A stretch of DNA of 62,077 nt, the filler included, from Choristocarpus tenellus KU-1152 (taxonomy: Eukaryota > Protista > Phaeophyceae): the NCBI GenBank assembly GCA_964200185.2. It is 11 parts of 11 records of this genome, joined end to end, with 100 filler letters (N's around TTAATTAATTAA, not from the genome) between each part and the next. Parts side by side here need not be neighbours in the genome. Positions count along the whole stretch, not along the records: positions 1 to 8,617 come from CAXNAD020004525.1; positions 8,718 to 13,024 come from CAXNAD020015188.1; positions 13,125 to 16,844 come from CAXNAD020018318.1; 8 more parts are not named here. The stretch is one strand, 5' to 3'. The notes beneath the pieces were generated by a model. That model did not search any database, was not told where the DNA came from, and saw nothing but the letters and a program-made list of their open reading frames with translations. The translations under genes were made by a program, and so were the position numbers. Below, piece by piece: positions 1 through 13,497 of the stretch; positions within the stretch are counted from its first letter, which is position 1; the number at the start of each line of letters is the position of its first letter.

Positions 1-3000
1 CGTCTAGAACAAGAATATTGACAACTCTAACAAAATTGATAGCCAAAATTTCATCAAAATTGCAACATTGGATTTTGGCCTGAAATGTGCAACCATCGGA
101 TCCAAGATTCAGATCACGTTCATCCCAAGCGATTGATGGCTGTGATGGTTCTGCGTTTGGTGGAGGAAGCCCCCCTGTATGTAGCTCCAATGTTTTTTAT
201 CGTCAAACAGGAGTCCTTGGATGCTGCGTAACGTCAGTGAGTGGTGCTCACGGCGACAATTTAAAGGGGGATCATCGAAAAAGAGATCCTAATCATGGAT
301 ACCTCAACCAAAGAAGTAGACAAAGACAAGAAGGACAAGAACAACAAAAAAGCGAAAGGGAAGAATGCTGACCCAAGGGAGACAGCTTGCACTCTAGTGA
401 ATTCATAGATATCGATTCAGCAACAAGAAGGATTAGGAAATTGTTATCAACCCATCAGTCTCCTGCACCTCAAATAGCAATCCAATAGAACTGAGATATA
501 GGTAGGGCTACATCTTGAGGATCCCGAGAAAGGGCAAAAAGACGTCATTTAGTATGATTGCAGAAAGAGGCTTTGCTGAATTTCGGTGTCACTTTGTATG
601 TGGAAGAGGGGAGTATCAATTTTGAGTACACTATTTTACACATATAAAGTGGCACCAGTAGCTTCGCCCTCTGTGGCAAACTTGCTTTTTTTCGCCGTAT
701 CGCCACAACAGTTATACAAGAATATATGTATCAAATAAGAGGATATGACAAGAGCTTTTGAAGGATTTTATTCGTTAATGTCTAGGCTTCGGGGAACGGG
801 AGCTACGTCCTGATCAAATAATGGCAAAAACTAGGGGGAATATCTCCAGCGCAATTTTGAAGGTCATGATTTCAAGACGGACAAAAATGAAGTGGTTGCC
901 TGAACTCCCCGCAAAAAAACTGATGGGGAGTGGGTCGCTGCCCACGCTTGACGCGTCAGGCAATACCGAGAACAAAAAACAAGATTTGTGGACATCTTTT
1001 TAGCGCATTTTGCAGACTTTTTGTGAGCACACACACGCGTGACCCACAGAGCAACATGAACCATGACAGTGAGACAAGGAGAGTCGCCGAGGCCACTCTA
1101 CCCCCTGGATCTACCCTCGGCACCTTGTCTGTCGAGAGGCGACGGAAAATCAAGTACCGCGTGTGACACTCAGTGTGATGTTGGGTGACGAGAAAGTGTG
1201 AGTAGTGTGGCGCAGCAGATTGAGCGAATCAAGCAATGGATCACACAGTCGCGACACTGACGCTGAGAGAAGATACATGAAAAGCATTACCACAAAAACG
1301 TGGTTGGATCTTCAACCACGCTGGAGCACTTCTCTGCAGTCTCTTCCGCCTCAGGAAAGCAGGAAGAGAGGGGCGAATACATCACCAGATGGTACAGTGA
1401 CGAAGTTTGTGGGGAAGCCTGGTCACAACAGGCGAAGGTAGAACCGAGGTGGGCCGGCCGAAGGGAAGGTTGGGGAAGAGAACAGTGCGACTGCGTGCCA
1501 TTGTGCTCAGGAAATGCCTAAGCGAAAACCCGGGTATATAATATTTTAGTAGTCGACAGTTGCAGCAGGTCCTGACTATTTGGAAGCTATGCGAGTCGAA
1601 GTGTCTTAATGAAACAATAAAAATGTGTTAGGGTTGGGGTACAAGGGCTCTGAAGCCCGAAAGAAGGTTGAAAGGGCTTGCAGGGCAGAGGAGAAAGCGA
1701 TGGTAACAAAGGTAGCTGTGGAGACTTTTCGATACCACCAAATTCATTACTTAGAAGAGGTCGCGAAGCAGGTGGAAGTAGCCATCGACGAGGACACCAG
1801 GGGAGAAGAGGAGGTGAGATTGAGACTATTTGCACACTGATGGTTTGGTATCTCCTACTTCTTGCAAGATGCCGTACACTTACTTTTGTTCCTGGACTTA
1901 GGGTTGGAAGTACAAAGTTGATCAAGTCTTTCTCCCCGCCTACATTCATTCAAGAAATCAAAACAATTTTCGATCAACTCAAGCCTGTCCTCCCTCGCCC
2001 TCGTGCCTTGATGATAAAATATCACCCACCCAGGAAACACGGACGACGCCCATTTCCTGCGCTCAATGAGGAAATGTGATAGTAAAGGTCCTAACACTGC
2101 GAATTCTGTGTATGAATGGCGGGAAAGACCGTAAAATGGCGCTCGAGATGGCAGCAGGATATACGATAGTCAGGACGGAAACTGTGAGTAGATGGGAGAG
2201 GTAGACTTCCTAACTAAGAGCCATAACAAGGTGTCGGAGCAAGACCACCACGAGAGGAGTTTCGTTCTGGGCCTTGACAAGGACATCCTTGCCAAGGTCA
2301 AAGAGTGGGTACGCGAACACACAGGAAGAAAGGGTGGGAGGCTATTGTCCCGTCTAAACCCTGTACTTCAATCAAGTAATAATGCATCTGTTGCCACTCT
2401 TGGTGACCTACAATCCAGGGTTCGAACCCCAATATGGCGAAAAAAAAGGAAGCTTTTGCTTTGGAGGGCCTTGTGAATGGCATCATGAATATCCTTTTAT
2501 TTTTTTAATCCAATGTCTACATCAAAAGTTATGACGGGATAGCCCCAGAGGGCGAAGCTACAAATACCACTATAACAATGAAATAGAGTGTTAGGGTTAA
2601 AATGCAAAAGGGTCCATTCCTGACTATCTCTTCATTGATTTGGCTTAGAGCAAAAGAAGGAGAGGAATCTCGAAATGGAGGGACTATTCCGCCCCATGTA
2701 CACCAATCTACTCTAAGACTCAAGAAATCCTGGAACAGAGAGTTGACTGTGGAAACTTGGAATGTTTGAGCCATGGTTATGAAAAGCAAGAAGAATTGAG
2801 TGGGTCCTGTGACTGTCTTGTTGGAACAAGCTTGACCCAAGGATGCGATATGTGAGGGGAATCGAAGAGCTGACAAGAGGTAAGATCTCTTGTGTCAAGA
2901 TGTTCGGGCACCAAATACAATGTGTTCTATAGTGGGGAAGAAGATCAAAAAGGGCAACTTGGACCGGTATTGGCAGTGAAGGAATCAATCCTACAGCAGC

Positions 3001-3067
3001 AGGTCACCCATGAGATGGAGTACCTCGTGTTCATGAATAGTGCTGTTGCTACACTATAGACACCACC

Positions 3068-3410
3068 AGTGGAGTAGATTAGGAAAGGTAAAGCCTGATA
3101 TGTGTTTCCATATATCTTAGTTGAGCTCTACCCAACGTTCAACGTATTTTAGGGAACTGATACTAGATTATAGGTCAATGTATATATGGTACATATGATC
3201 CAGTGATAGTATCCTTTACTGGTGTGGACTTTGCAAATCCCACTTGGTAGTCTACACCTGTCTCACCCCACAAGTTCAGTGAGTGGAATTGAGACCACAA
3301 GCCTCTTGCAACACTAACATTATATATTCACACCAAGCTACTTATTATCCTCTACCAAGGCACATGATTGATCATCTTAACCGCGGGTCCAGTGTGGAAC
3401 ACTTCAACAC
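3068..3410. repeat. Dispersed repeat family E (about 330 bp); second copy at ~58973-59270
   Basis: Shared blocks GTAGATTAGGAAAGGTA, TGTGGAC.TTGCAAA, TTCACACCAAG and GATCATCTTAACCG.GGGTCCAG in the same order. Confidence 0.7.
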
Positions 3411-3647
3411 CTTGATGAATGGATGATGGAGGTCCATCTAATGACGACTAGTCATTACGCTGTTTTTGCTTTTGTTGTAGGATATGCCTGCACAGAAGAG
3501 GACTTAGAGACAGCAAAGATGCTTATGACTCCCCCTGAGGATAAGCTATTTACTCTGATGGACACGAATGTCCGCACTGGAAAGAGAGGTGGGGTGGGGG
3601 ATATCACGACAGCAGGATTTTTGGGGCATATGGAAGAGATGTATACT

Positions 3648-4105
3648 GAGTCAAACTAATTAAGAGGTAGGCAGGTTTGGAACCTTTTGCATTCTAAGTA
3701 GTCTTTTTTACCTTGTACAATACACTATATTTAATTGATTTTTGGCTCAAAGTATCTGGGGGGGGGGGGTGGCTGTCCATTTGGGGCCAATATTTTCATG
3801 TCGCGATTTTTGGGTGAGTTCCGTAAGTCGGCTGGATAATTAAAAAGTTTCGTAAGTCGGATGGATAATGAAAATGTTTTGACCCAAATGGACACCCCGG
3901 TGTAGACCCCCCCCCCTCCCCCAGATACTTTGGGTCTTTTGTGCGCAATAGTGTTTAGCAAAATTGATATTTCCCCCTTTCCACATACAAAATGAGACCA
4001 CAGTATAGAGGAGACTCTTTCTACAGTTGTGCAAAGTTGCTTATTTTTGTCTTTCCTCGAGATCCTTAAAATGCAATCCTGCCTACCTCTTAATTGGCTT
4101 GACTC
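3648..4105. mobile_element. MITE family H (about 261 bp after removing the nested family-B copy); other copies ~479-660 (reverse, partial) and 5615-~5853
   Basis: 28-bp TIR GAGTCAAACTAATTAAGAGGTAGGCAGG / CCTGCCTACCTCTTAATTGGCTTGACTC (2 mismatches); interior similar to the other two copies. Confidence 0.8.
3744..3936. mobile_element. MITE family B, full copy nested in a family-H copy
   Basis: TIR GGCTCAAAGTATCTGG(G)n...(C)nCCAGATACTTTGGGTC, flanked by TTTT/TTTT. Confidence 0.88.
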
Positions 4106-6167
4106 ATGTGTTGGGATAACAGTGGTCAGCACCTGTTGACTGTTGCAAAGATGAACGAACTTTCACTTGTCAAAACACATTTTTTAGTGTACTCCAAAGG
4201 GAAACAGTTTCATTTGTACCTGGAACTTGAGACATCAAGAGAAGATGGGGTATATCTGTGCTGAAATCCTAAACATCAGTCTGATTACTGTCTTGTACGA
4301 AATATGAGGATACACTTGGTTTTGCCAACAGAATTGGAAAACCATGTCATATCAATATCGTTCTGTCTACTTGATTGTTTAGCCCCCAATTATAAGATGC
4401 CACCGGGTGATAAGATACATATTTTTAGCAACTGAGAAGACCTGATGTGTAATGATGTCTGAGCTAGAGAGTATGGTTGCTGAAAAAATGTTAACAGCGG
4501 AAGCGGTAGTAATAACCGAATATGCCAGTGATGTATCTGCTAATGTCGATAACATGGCTTCTTCAAACGCAGTCCATTTGTTCGTCGCTGCCTAAGAAGG
4601 CCTTCCGTCCCCTTCTCGGAGGCTGCTGCCTTGAGGGTGGTATACAAATGACCACGCTCAAGTATACTTCCTGAAAACCTGGGAGAAACAGGAAAGGGCA
4701 TTGAAACAATTGTGCATAGATAGACCCACAAATGCCCCTTTCAAAAGAAGGCGTTGAAGGAGGCTGGCAAGCAGCTCAAACGGGTGAGGGCATCTGTCTT
4801 GCCAGTGGTTTTTTGGCACCTACACCAGGAAGATTGAAACCTTCGTCAATGTGGGGACCAAGTTGATTTCTACTAACACCCGAAAGGGTTCATTGTCGAG
4901 CGAACCAGAGAGACTGGCTCTTGCCACATCTGCGATGAGTCTGGACAGTTACTCGAGGAGAAAGCATGCATCATGGAACAGTGAGGGAGATACTTCGCAG
5001 CGCTCCTCAATGGAAGTTGATTGGTCTCAACCCTCATACTGCTGAAATCTTCGATCAATGGACCGCATTCACACCCCCACTATTGCCACAATGATTGCAG
5101 AGGTTTCTCAACACTCCGGGCAAGGGGAAATGGTAAGGCTATGGGTATCGAGAAACTTCCAGCTGAGTTTCAAAACTTGGCCAACAGGGGACCATGGGTA
5201 TCCTCCAGGGTTTCCACAAGATTGTGTTGGCAGTGTGTGAACAAGGAAATTGTGCCACAGGTCTGGAAATATGTGACTATCACTATGTTCTACAAGAATA
5301 AGGACTTCACTGCCAAGTACATCATCGGTGAAACTTGCTGGCAAAGTCCTTCTTAATGTTGTTGCACTGTAGCTCGGACATTAGCAGGGATGGGAGATCA
5401 TACTTCATGAGGAAAAGTGTGGTTTCCAACCTCAACGCTCCACAATAGAAATGGTGCATATTGTACTTGCCCTCTTAGAGCTTGGTTGGGAATAGTGTGT
5501 ACCCCTGTTAAATGTGATTTGTCTATCTACAGAAAGCATACGACAGACTCTGTTGGTCGTGATCCACCGTTTGTTGTACTGACCATATTTGGCATACCTC
5601 TGAAGATGATTTCCGAGCCAGATAAACTGAGAGATAGGCAGGTTTGGACTCTTTTGCGTTCTAAGCCACATTCTTGCCCCGTGCATTACACAATATTTCA
5701 ATGCGATATGTGCAATAATGTACTCAAAATTCATAATCCCCCTTTCCGCGCACAAAGTTACACACAACTCAGCAAAGGTTCTTTCTCCAATGGTGGAAAA
5801 TGGCGGAAAATGGCGCCGTTTTACCCTTTCTTTGGTTCTTCTAAATGCAACCTTATTATCTGCAAATTCCGCCATGGTGTGGGGGTGCGTGTTTGCATGG
5901 ATAATGGCAAGTGCCTAGACTGGTTCGAGGTTGGACAGGGCATTTGGCAAGGATGGGTTCTTGGCCCCATGCTCTTCAATATCTTCTACACTGTAAGGCT
6001 CAAAGTATCTTGGGGGGGTGGTGGTGGCTGTCCATTTGGGGTCAAGTTTTTCATGTCGCGATTTTTGGGTGATTTGGTTGCATGCGTCGGATGGATAATG
6101 GAGTTTAAAGTGTAGCAGATATGGAGTTCATCTCTGACCTGGCCATCTCTGAGGATCTGTGTCATCG

Positions 6168-6426
6168 GAGTGAAAGTATCTTATAGGGTATGAGTTTTGC
6201 CCTGTTTGTACATTTGGGCCTTGGCTTCCCATGTTTTTTATAATGACATTTTCCCACTCCAAACTTTTTGGGAGTAGGTAAATTGTATACGTTATGAAAA
6301 AGTGTCGCCAGAACAAGGATATGGACACTTCCTAACAAATGCGATAGCCAAAATTACATCAAAATCGCAACATTGGATTTTGACCCTCAAATAGACGCGG
6401 CTCTATCCTCTAAGATAATTTGACTC
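6168..6426. mobile_element. MITE family A (259 bp)
   Basis: TIR GAGTGAAAGTATCTTATAGGGTA / TATCCTCTAAGATAATTTGACTC; flanks ATCG/ATCA; about 14 homologous copies or fragments in the window. Confidence 0.9.
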
Positions 6427-7140
6427 ATCAAGAAAGTGGCCACAAACAACCAGATTGAGAAGGAGGAACACGAAGGGAGCAGGGTAACACTCGAGCGACT
6501 CTTGTAGGGAATGCTATGTGCTATTGATGCGGGCGTTGTCTCCAAGACCCGAGGGGTTTAGCCAGGATCAACACATTGGTTGTGAAAGGGGCCAGATCAT
6601 TTGGTCAGACTGTGTTGGCATTGAGATGAGACCATGTGTCTTCGGCCTTCTAACCAGGCTGCCAAAACCATGCAAATCCAGACACTGGATCAGACTAAGT
6701 TTGTTTACCTTGTGGGAACCACCAGTGACAATGATGCTGTCACTGCTGAGACCAGCCAGAGGATTCAGAAAGATTGGAGTTGTTTTCTCAGATGATACAA
6801 TCAATCAAGTGCTTTGACAGGATCTCAGGTGGCTTACTTGAGCTTATTAATTTGATTTGAGTGCCCCAGGCTAAAGTGCTTGAACTTCAGTTGTACGGTT
6901 ATATGATGATAAGGACACTCTCTGCCAGGATCATTTTCTGAAGCTCCGTTCCCATCACCACAAATTCCTCCTCCATTGGTATAGGTTTCCCCAAATGGGA
7001 ACCATCTATCGTGTCCTACCCTACAAAGAAACTCTTGTGAAGACTACCAACTGTGAGAGTGTCGGGACAGTTGCGTGCATGGGGGATGAGAGACTTTCAA
7101 AGGTTTTGATGTTTGAGGAGCTTGCCAATAGAAAACAAAA

Positions 7141-7399
7141 GAGTTAAATTATTTTAGAGGGTACGAGTTTTGCCCTGTTTGTCCATTTTGGGCTTGGTTT
7201 TCCCTCGGGTTTTTTATGACATTTTCTTACTCCATAATATTTCTGAGTAGGTAAGATGTATATGTGATGAAAAGTTGTATCTGGAACAAGAATATTGACA
7301 CTTCCTAACAAACACGATAGCTAAAATTACATCGAAATCGCAACATTGGATTTTTGTCCCCAAATGGACGCGACTCTACCCTCTAAAATACTTTGACTC
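7141..7399. mobile_element. MITE family A (259 bp) inserted in the LINE 3' region
   Basis: TIRs and interior collinear with 6168-6426; LINE coding relic resumes right after it. Confidence 0.9.
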
Positions 7400-8165
7400 A
7401 AGGTGGACAGGAAAAGAACTGGTGGGCATGCCTCCAAAATCGCCTCGAGAAGTTTGGGGTTGTAGTTGGGGGATAAGCAGCAAGGACCATTGGCCAACAG
7501 AAATGCTATGAGTGTGTGGCTGACGGTACAATGAACTTCACGGCAAAGTGGCATTCCAAGGAAGCTGTGATAGCAAATGTACATCATACCAAACCAGCAG
7601 CAAAATTCCCTCAAGCTACCAACACCACCACCACCACCTGTCACAGGCGATATGTCTTGATAGTGGTTTCATAAACACCATTATGACATTGAAGTTCTAG
7701 ATTTGATATATTTGTACTTCTTGACTATTTATTTATTATTTGGTCATTACGGTCCCTGATTGTGATCGACATTGTTGATCAGTGACTTTTTGTACCATGA
7801 TTTTAACGATAATCCAAGTGAGAGATCCAGCATACTTGACGACTTGTGCATCAGGAGTCCTATACCTACATCAGTATCATCTTTAAGACCGTGGATTGGA
7901 GCTATACATCCTGTGGAGGTAAGCTTCTGAGGGGCGCCTGTAACACACCACCTGCTGGATGCTGTTTTCTCATCATGTTCTCTTTTTAGGATCATTCCCT
8001 TGTTCATTTTTCTTTTGAGAGTCCTAAGATCGCTTGTCTAGAAGCTTGCATTTACCCAGGGAATGCAGTCCTCTATTCTTACTGGAATAGAGAACAGATA
8101 TGTGAAGTCGAGAAATATTTTTGAAATGGACAACTTGCAGATGTGGGCGACTATTGTTGTCTGTA

Positions 8166-8337
8166 GGGTCGTATCCTACAGGGTGGGGGGGGGATTAGAC
8201 CAGGTTGTCCGTTCCGGACTTGATGGGGTATTGTAAAACACCTCAGCTTTACGCCTGTTTTGCGGTTTGTTTTCATCGGTTTTGGTCCAGGTAGGGGGAT
8301 GGAAAAGGAAGGTGTTCCAGAAAAAGGAAATTGACTC
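8166..8337. mobile_element. MITE family C (degenerate); reverse-complement copy at ~54540-54724
   Basis: Interiors align (TTAGACCAGGTT..GGACTTGATGGGGT..GGATGGAAAAGGAAGGTG); ends resemble the shared terminus (GGGTC.GTATC.., ..TTGACTC). Confidence 0.65.
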
Positions 8338-8617
8338 ATAGAAATACTTTCTACTAGGAGGAAAACACAAAAGCAAAACTCGATCCTCGTGGTTATAACC
8401 TCAACACCTTCGCGGTGGAAAGTTTCCTGGGTGAGCTAGCTACACACACGGTAGGGGGGAGAGGAACCGGACGGAAGCTACGACAGGAAAGGGGCGGTCA
8501 AACCCTGCCTACGACAAATAGTCTCTTTAACAACGTGGAGGTGGCTCTGTCTAGACGTGCCATGCGTTTTAAGCTGGAGTCACCAAGGAGATAGGCAGGG
8601 TCAAAGTATCTGGGGGG

Positions 8618-8717
8618 NNNNNNNNNNNNNNNNNNNNNNNNNNNNNNNNNNNNNNNNNNNNTTAATTAATTAANNNNNNNNNNNNNNNNNNNNNNNNNNN
8701 NNNNNNNNNNNNNNNNN
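8618..8717. other. Artificial contig-joining linker (44N + TTAATTAATTAA + 44N); identical linkers at 13025-13124, 16845-16944, 23922-24021, 28776-28875, 34715-34814, 38978-39077, 43378-43477, 50812-50911, 55046-55145
   Basis: Exactly repeated 100-bp N/six-frame-stop spacer; sequences on either side are unrelated. Confidence 0.99.
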
Positions 8718-9612
8718 AGGTACCTACTGCTGTGGGCTTTTAGGATTGAGAGATAACCCCCGATTGACTGTACATTTTCTTTAAGAGGAGGAGGTTTGTG
8801 ATATGCAGGTGTGCCTCCCCTTGCTAAATCAACCTCTTCTCATACGTTCGTTATTGATTTGTATATCTGCTCCTCATCCCAAGTTATACCTGTAGTACTA
8901 CACTTGAACTCTCGATTTCTCAAATCTCTGCCGACAAAACCGTCTTCGAAGTAGTACTAAAAGTCACGATGAGTGTGGAAGTGGAGTAGAGTTGATTCCT
9001 AGACATGAAAAATGCACCAGTAAAGTAGCAAGAAGGATAGCGTATCAATGGAAAAGGAATTTCGAAAAGAGAAACATTAATGTTCCTTTGAGAGCTTTGT
9101 GGTCGGCCTAGCCTGCTCTGGAAAAAATAAAGAAAGTGGAAGTTTGTCCTTGGATTCTTGAGTTATACCCCGACTTTGAGGCGTTTCATGCCATGCCAGC
9201 ATCTCTTCTACACACAACTGTGTCAACAGAATGTATCACGATATGTATTTGCTCCCATGAACTACCAAGAAAAAAAATACAAATATGACTACATATATGT
9301 CATCCTGTCAAAAAAAAGAGATATGTAAGGTAAAAAATACATTGATGCACAGTAACTTTAGACGTCAGACAAGTTGAGGAAACAATACACATTACATATT
9401 CCTTCATTCAATGTGTTGAAGTTAGACAGTAGACGTTAATCAAGGGATATCAGAGTAGAAACTTAGGAATACAGAAAAAAAAGAAAACATATCGATAAAT
9501 AACTCAAGGGAAAGAACCATGCAAAAATTCAACATTCAGTCTCAATTTATCGAGAGTGCGACAAATTAAAAGACTCATGTCCACCAAGTTAAATCAAGAA
9601 AAATAGGGTAAG

Positions 9613-11135
9613 GATGGAGGACAGAAGGATTATTAGGAAAGCGACGACAGATTTCAGTGACACTTGAGGTGTGGGTCAGAAATTCCAACTGATTCCTACC
9701 GACCCCCATCGACCCCCACCAACCCCAACCGAGACAGCAGCAAACTTCCTCCATCCTCAGCTGCTGCCTCAGAAATGAAGCTCCTCAAAATAATCAAGAA
9801 TAAAAAACCTTGCGGACCACCCAAAACAAAAACAGTGCCGCCTTCTCCAGCCGTGCCGCCCCCCGCCCCCGCCCCCCCAATCAACCCGGCCCCATCAACA
9901 AATAACCCTCACACCAGGCAGCAAACCAACAGCTCGTGCAGAGCCGGTGAATGCCGCCACCCTACCCCCTGCCTTGGCGCTAAACACGGGAAAGGACGGT
10001 TTCTTTTGTTTTGCGGATATAGACCGTCCTATCCACACCATATACGGTGGGTGAGCCACGTCCACCTGAGCAGTTGCCCTGTTTTCTTGATGCCTGCCAA
10101 GGCATTGATCACGGGGCCGGGCACAGGCAAAGAGGGTGAAGATGGAGGACAGAAGGATTGTGACGAAATGCGACGACAGACTCCAGCGACACATGAGGAA
10201 TGGGGCAGCGATCCACAGCGATTCCCACCGAACATCACCAACCCCAACCGAGACAGCAGCAAACCTCCTCCTTCCTCAGCAGCTGCTGCCTCAGAAATGA
10301 AGCTCATCAAAATAATCAAAAATAAAAAACCTTGCGGACCACCCAAAATAAAAACAGTGCCGCCTTCTCCTGCCGTGCCGCCCCCCGCCCCCCCCCCCCC
10401 AATCAACCCCATCAACAAATAACCCTCACAACTGGCAGCAAATCAACATCTTGAGCAGAGCCGGTGAATGCCGCCACCCTACCCCCTGCCTTGGCGCTAA
10501 ACACGGGAAAGGACGGTTTCTTTTGTTTTGCGGCTACAGACCTGCCCATCCACACCATATACGGTGGGTGAGCCACGTCCACCTGAGCAGTTGCCCTGTT
10601 TTCTTGATGCCTGCCAAGGCATTGATCACGGGGCCGGGGTTTGCAGGCACTGGCGCGGAGGGTGAAGATGGAGGACAGAAGGATTGTCAGGAGAAGCGAC
10701 GACAGACTCCAGCAACACTTGTGGTATGGGGCAGCGATCCACAGCGATTCCCACCGAACCTCACCAACCCCAACCGAGACAGCAGCAAACCTCCTCCATC
10801 CTCAGCTGCTGCTGCCTCAGAAATGAAGCTCCTCAAAATAATCAAAAATAAAAAACCTTACGGACCACCCAAAATAAAAACAGTGCCGCCTTCTCCTGAC
10901 GTGGCGTCCCCGCCCCCCCCCCATCCATCCTGCCCCATCTACAAATAACCCTCACACCAGGCAGCGAACCACCAGCTCGTGCAGAGCCGGCGAATGCCGC
11001 CACCCTACCCCCTGCCTTGGCGCTAAACACGGGAAAGCACAGTTTCTTTTTGTTTTGCGGCTACAGACCGTCCTATCCACGCCATATACGGTGGGTGAGC
11101 CACGTCCACCTGAGCAGTGGCGCTGTTTTCTTGAT
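9613..11135. repeat. Tandem array of about 2.9 copies of a 527-528 bp GC-rich unit
   Basis: GATGGAGGACAGAAGGATT recurs at 9613, 10141 and 10668; units are highly similar. Confidence 0.95.
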
Positions 11136-13136
11136 TCCCTACCCCCTCACAAAAAGAGCACAGGGGCTTGGAGTTAACTCTTGCGAATGCTGGGTTGGTG
11201 ATACGTGAAATGAAGGTGAGGTTGTGCTCCTTATCACCAGGCAGATATTGTAGTGTTATTGTCTATCTGTGTAAAGCAGTAGCTCATTTGAATTACACCG
11301 TACCTCGGTTTCCACAGTTTGGTCCGTTCTACCATACCAACTCAACCTCCTGCTGATGAGGATTTGGTGAGAGTAGCAAGCATAGCCCATGTGAGTATTT
11401 GTTCTATGGTCGTTGTATACCTAACACGACCCAGAGAGGTTAGAGAAAGAATTGCGTTTATGATGAAGCAGCAAGGAGAATGATATTTAAGATCAGTAAG
11501 TGAAAGATGTCCTCCCTTGAACCTGTACTGTCCTGTATTGCTCGATTGTCTTTGTTGGTTGCAACGATCTTGCTTCCCATAGGTCCAATACCTCGATCTG
11601 AGGAGGGAACTTCAGGTCCTTGAGAGGGCTCGAAGCAATACGGACTCAATAGACGAGTCAATCCCAGGGTTGGAGAGGGATTATAATGAGGGTGCTCAAT
11701 CACCACCACCTGGTGAAATACCAATCACTCTCTCCGAAAAAGACAACCGAAAAGGTTTGAGACGAACGAGGAAGTTGTTGGGCATATGCAAGCCCAGAAG
11801 AAATATGATCATCGACCAGTCCAATTTCGAGTACAAGACTGTGCTTGGGGAAGGGACATTTGGTTAGTAAGAGCATATGATGCTGAACAACCTTTGGTAA
11901 TCTAATCAATGAAGGCAACCCCAGCATTTCGGGGTAGGACGGGCTGCTGAGTGCATTGTACACCGCTAGCGGCATCTTTGTACCTATAGGTGAACGCAAT
12001 ACAGAAGTTTCATCACACCAAAGGATGTGTTATATTCTCCTTCCGCATCAAAAGAATCAAACAGTAAATGTCTTGCCTACAATGCAGTGGATGCAATCAC
12101 CACGGTAGGATTGGAGATCTTAGTCACAGGAGATTGACAAACAAGCAGTGGCAATAGCAGTTCGACTTTCAATCTACAATTGCTCGGAGGTTGTCCGGCA
12201 TCTCAGCGTTCTTACCCCAAGTGATTCTGGAACACAATTTTCAGAGTAGCAATTAGCCCATTGACCAAGTGTGTCAGTGTGACACTGTCAACCATATTGG
12301 GCCAGTAGAATAAAAAATCAAATTGATTCAACAGACTGGTCGAACTTGGGACACATTTGCAACGTGTTTTCACATCTTTGTAGCCATCCAGACCCACCGG
12401 TGTATGAGGAATAACCATTTGGCATTTATGGTGTGAAAATATCCAAAGCCACCATATCTGGGACGGGGTGCCATGGTAGAGACACATAAAGGATCGCTTA
12501 AGTGAGGATTAGCTGCAGTGTGGAAGAAGAGATATCATATTTTTTATACTGCCTTTCCAATCCCTTTGCTGTGCAGCACTGTTGCCACATTTCCCACATG
12601 CTTCTCGACTTGGCTGGTACATCACCTTCATGCTCCCCCATCGAACTAGAACAAGATTGCTTGAACTGCAGAAAATATACAATACTGGGGCCCCATGGTA
12701 CTATCAATGGGAGATTCTCGAATGAAATGTCTCCTCTTGTCAAGACAGAAATGAAATCAGGCAGGTCCTTGCTTGGTCATGATACTGCATGGGATCTACC
12801 ACAACTCGCTGCTGTACAGTGCCATTTGCCTCGAGGAGAGCAAGGGATCTTACCACTTATATCCCCGGATGACCCTTGCCCCCTACCCTTCTGCCTCTGT
12901 GGGCGTTCTCACACCAAATCTCATTATAGGGAGCGTATTGCTCGCTAAGTACCACCCCGATGCAAGGACTGTTCCAGCGACATTTAGCAATGGGGGGGGG
13001 GAGCACTTTTGTGATGAGGACAAANNNNNNNNNNNNNNNNNNNNNNNNNNNNNNNNNNNNNNNNNNNNTTAATTAATTAANNNNNNNNNNNNNNNNNNNN
13101 NNNNNNNNNNNNNNNNNNNNNNNNATATATAGATAT

Positions 13137-13183
<47 letters not shown>

Positions 13184-13497
13184 TCGGTGTAGTATCAGTT
13201 GAAAAAGAAAACGAAACGTTCAAAAAAAGGAGTACAGATTTTTTTTTTTCAAGTGAGAAAAATACACCCGCACTTCTTCTCTACCCCCACCCCCCAACCC
13301 AACACACACACACACACACAAACAAACAAACACACCCCTGTCCTTTCTACACAGTCGACAACCAAAATCAAACTTGTTTCACACAATATTAAGAAAAAGC
13401 AAAGCAATGCAAAGCAATGTAAAGCAAAAAAAAAAAATGTACATTAAAAAAAAAATGCACCCCAAAAAATACAATAATAAACAACAGGTACACAAAC

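Larger units (their letters stand above)
3410..7600 (+). mobile_element. Degenerate, near full-length RTE-type non-LTR retrotransposon (APE endonuclease + RT), interrupted by several MITEs
   Basis: Collinear relic motifs across frames: APE 'FVVGYACTE...LFTLMDTNVRTGKR' (~3470-3590); linker 'DESGQLLEEK..GRYFAALLN' and 'GNGKAMGIEKLPAE' (~4930-5170); 'CGFQPQRSTIEM..QKAYD' (~5418-5545); 'WFEVGQGIWQGWVLGPMLFNIF' (~5920-5990); YADD-region relic 'GMLCAIDAGVVSK' (~6508); 'TKFVYLVG' (~6690); C-terminal 'GGQEKNWWACL' (~7402). Many stops and frameshifts. Confidence 0.88.

Noticed and set aside
2192-3000. Possible Ty3/Gypsy gag-protease relic (FVLGLDKDILAKV)
   Set aside because: A single weak motif; no protease, RT or LTR evidence.
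9613-11135. CRISPR-like or repeat-protein interpretation of the tandem array
   Set aside because: Whole units repeat without unique spacers, no cas genes are present, and the frame is not maintained between units.
11790-11870. Kinase glycine-loop-like LGEGTFG followed by a possible GT donor
   Set aside because: No downstream VAxK, HRD or DFG exons could be found on the contig.
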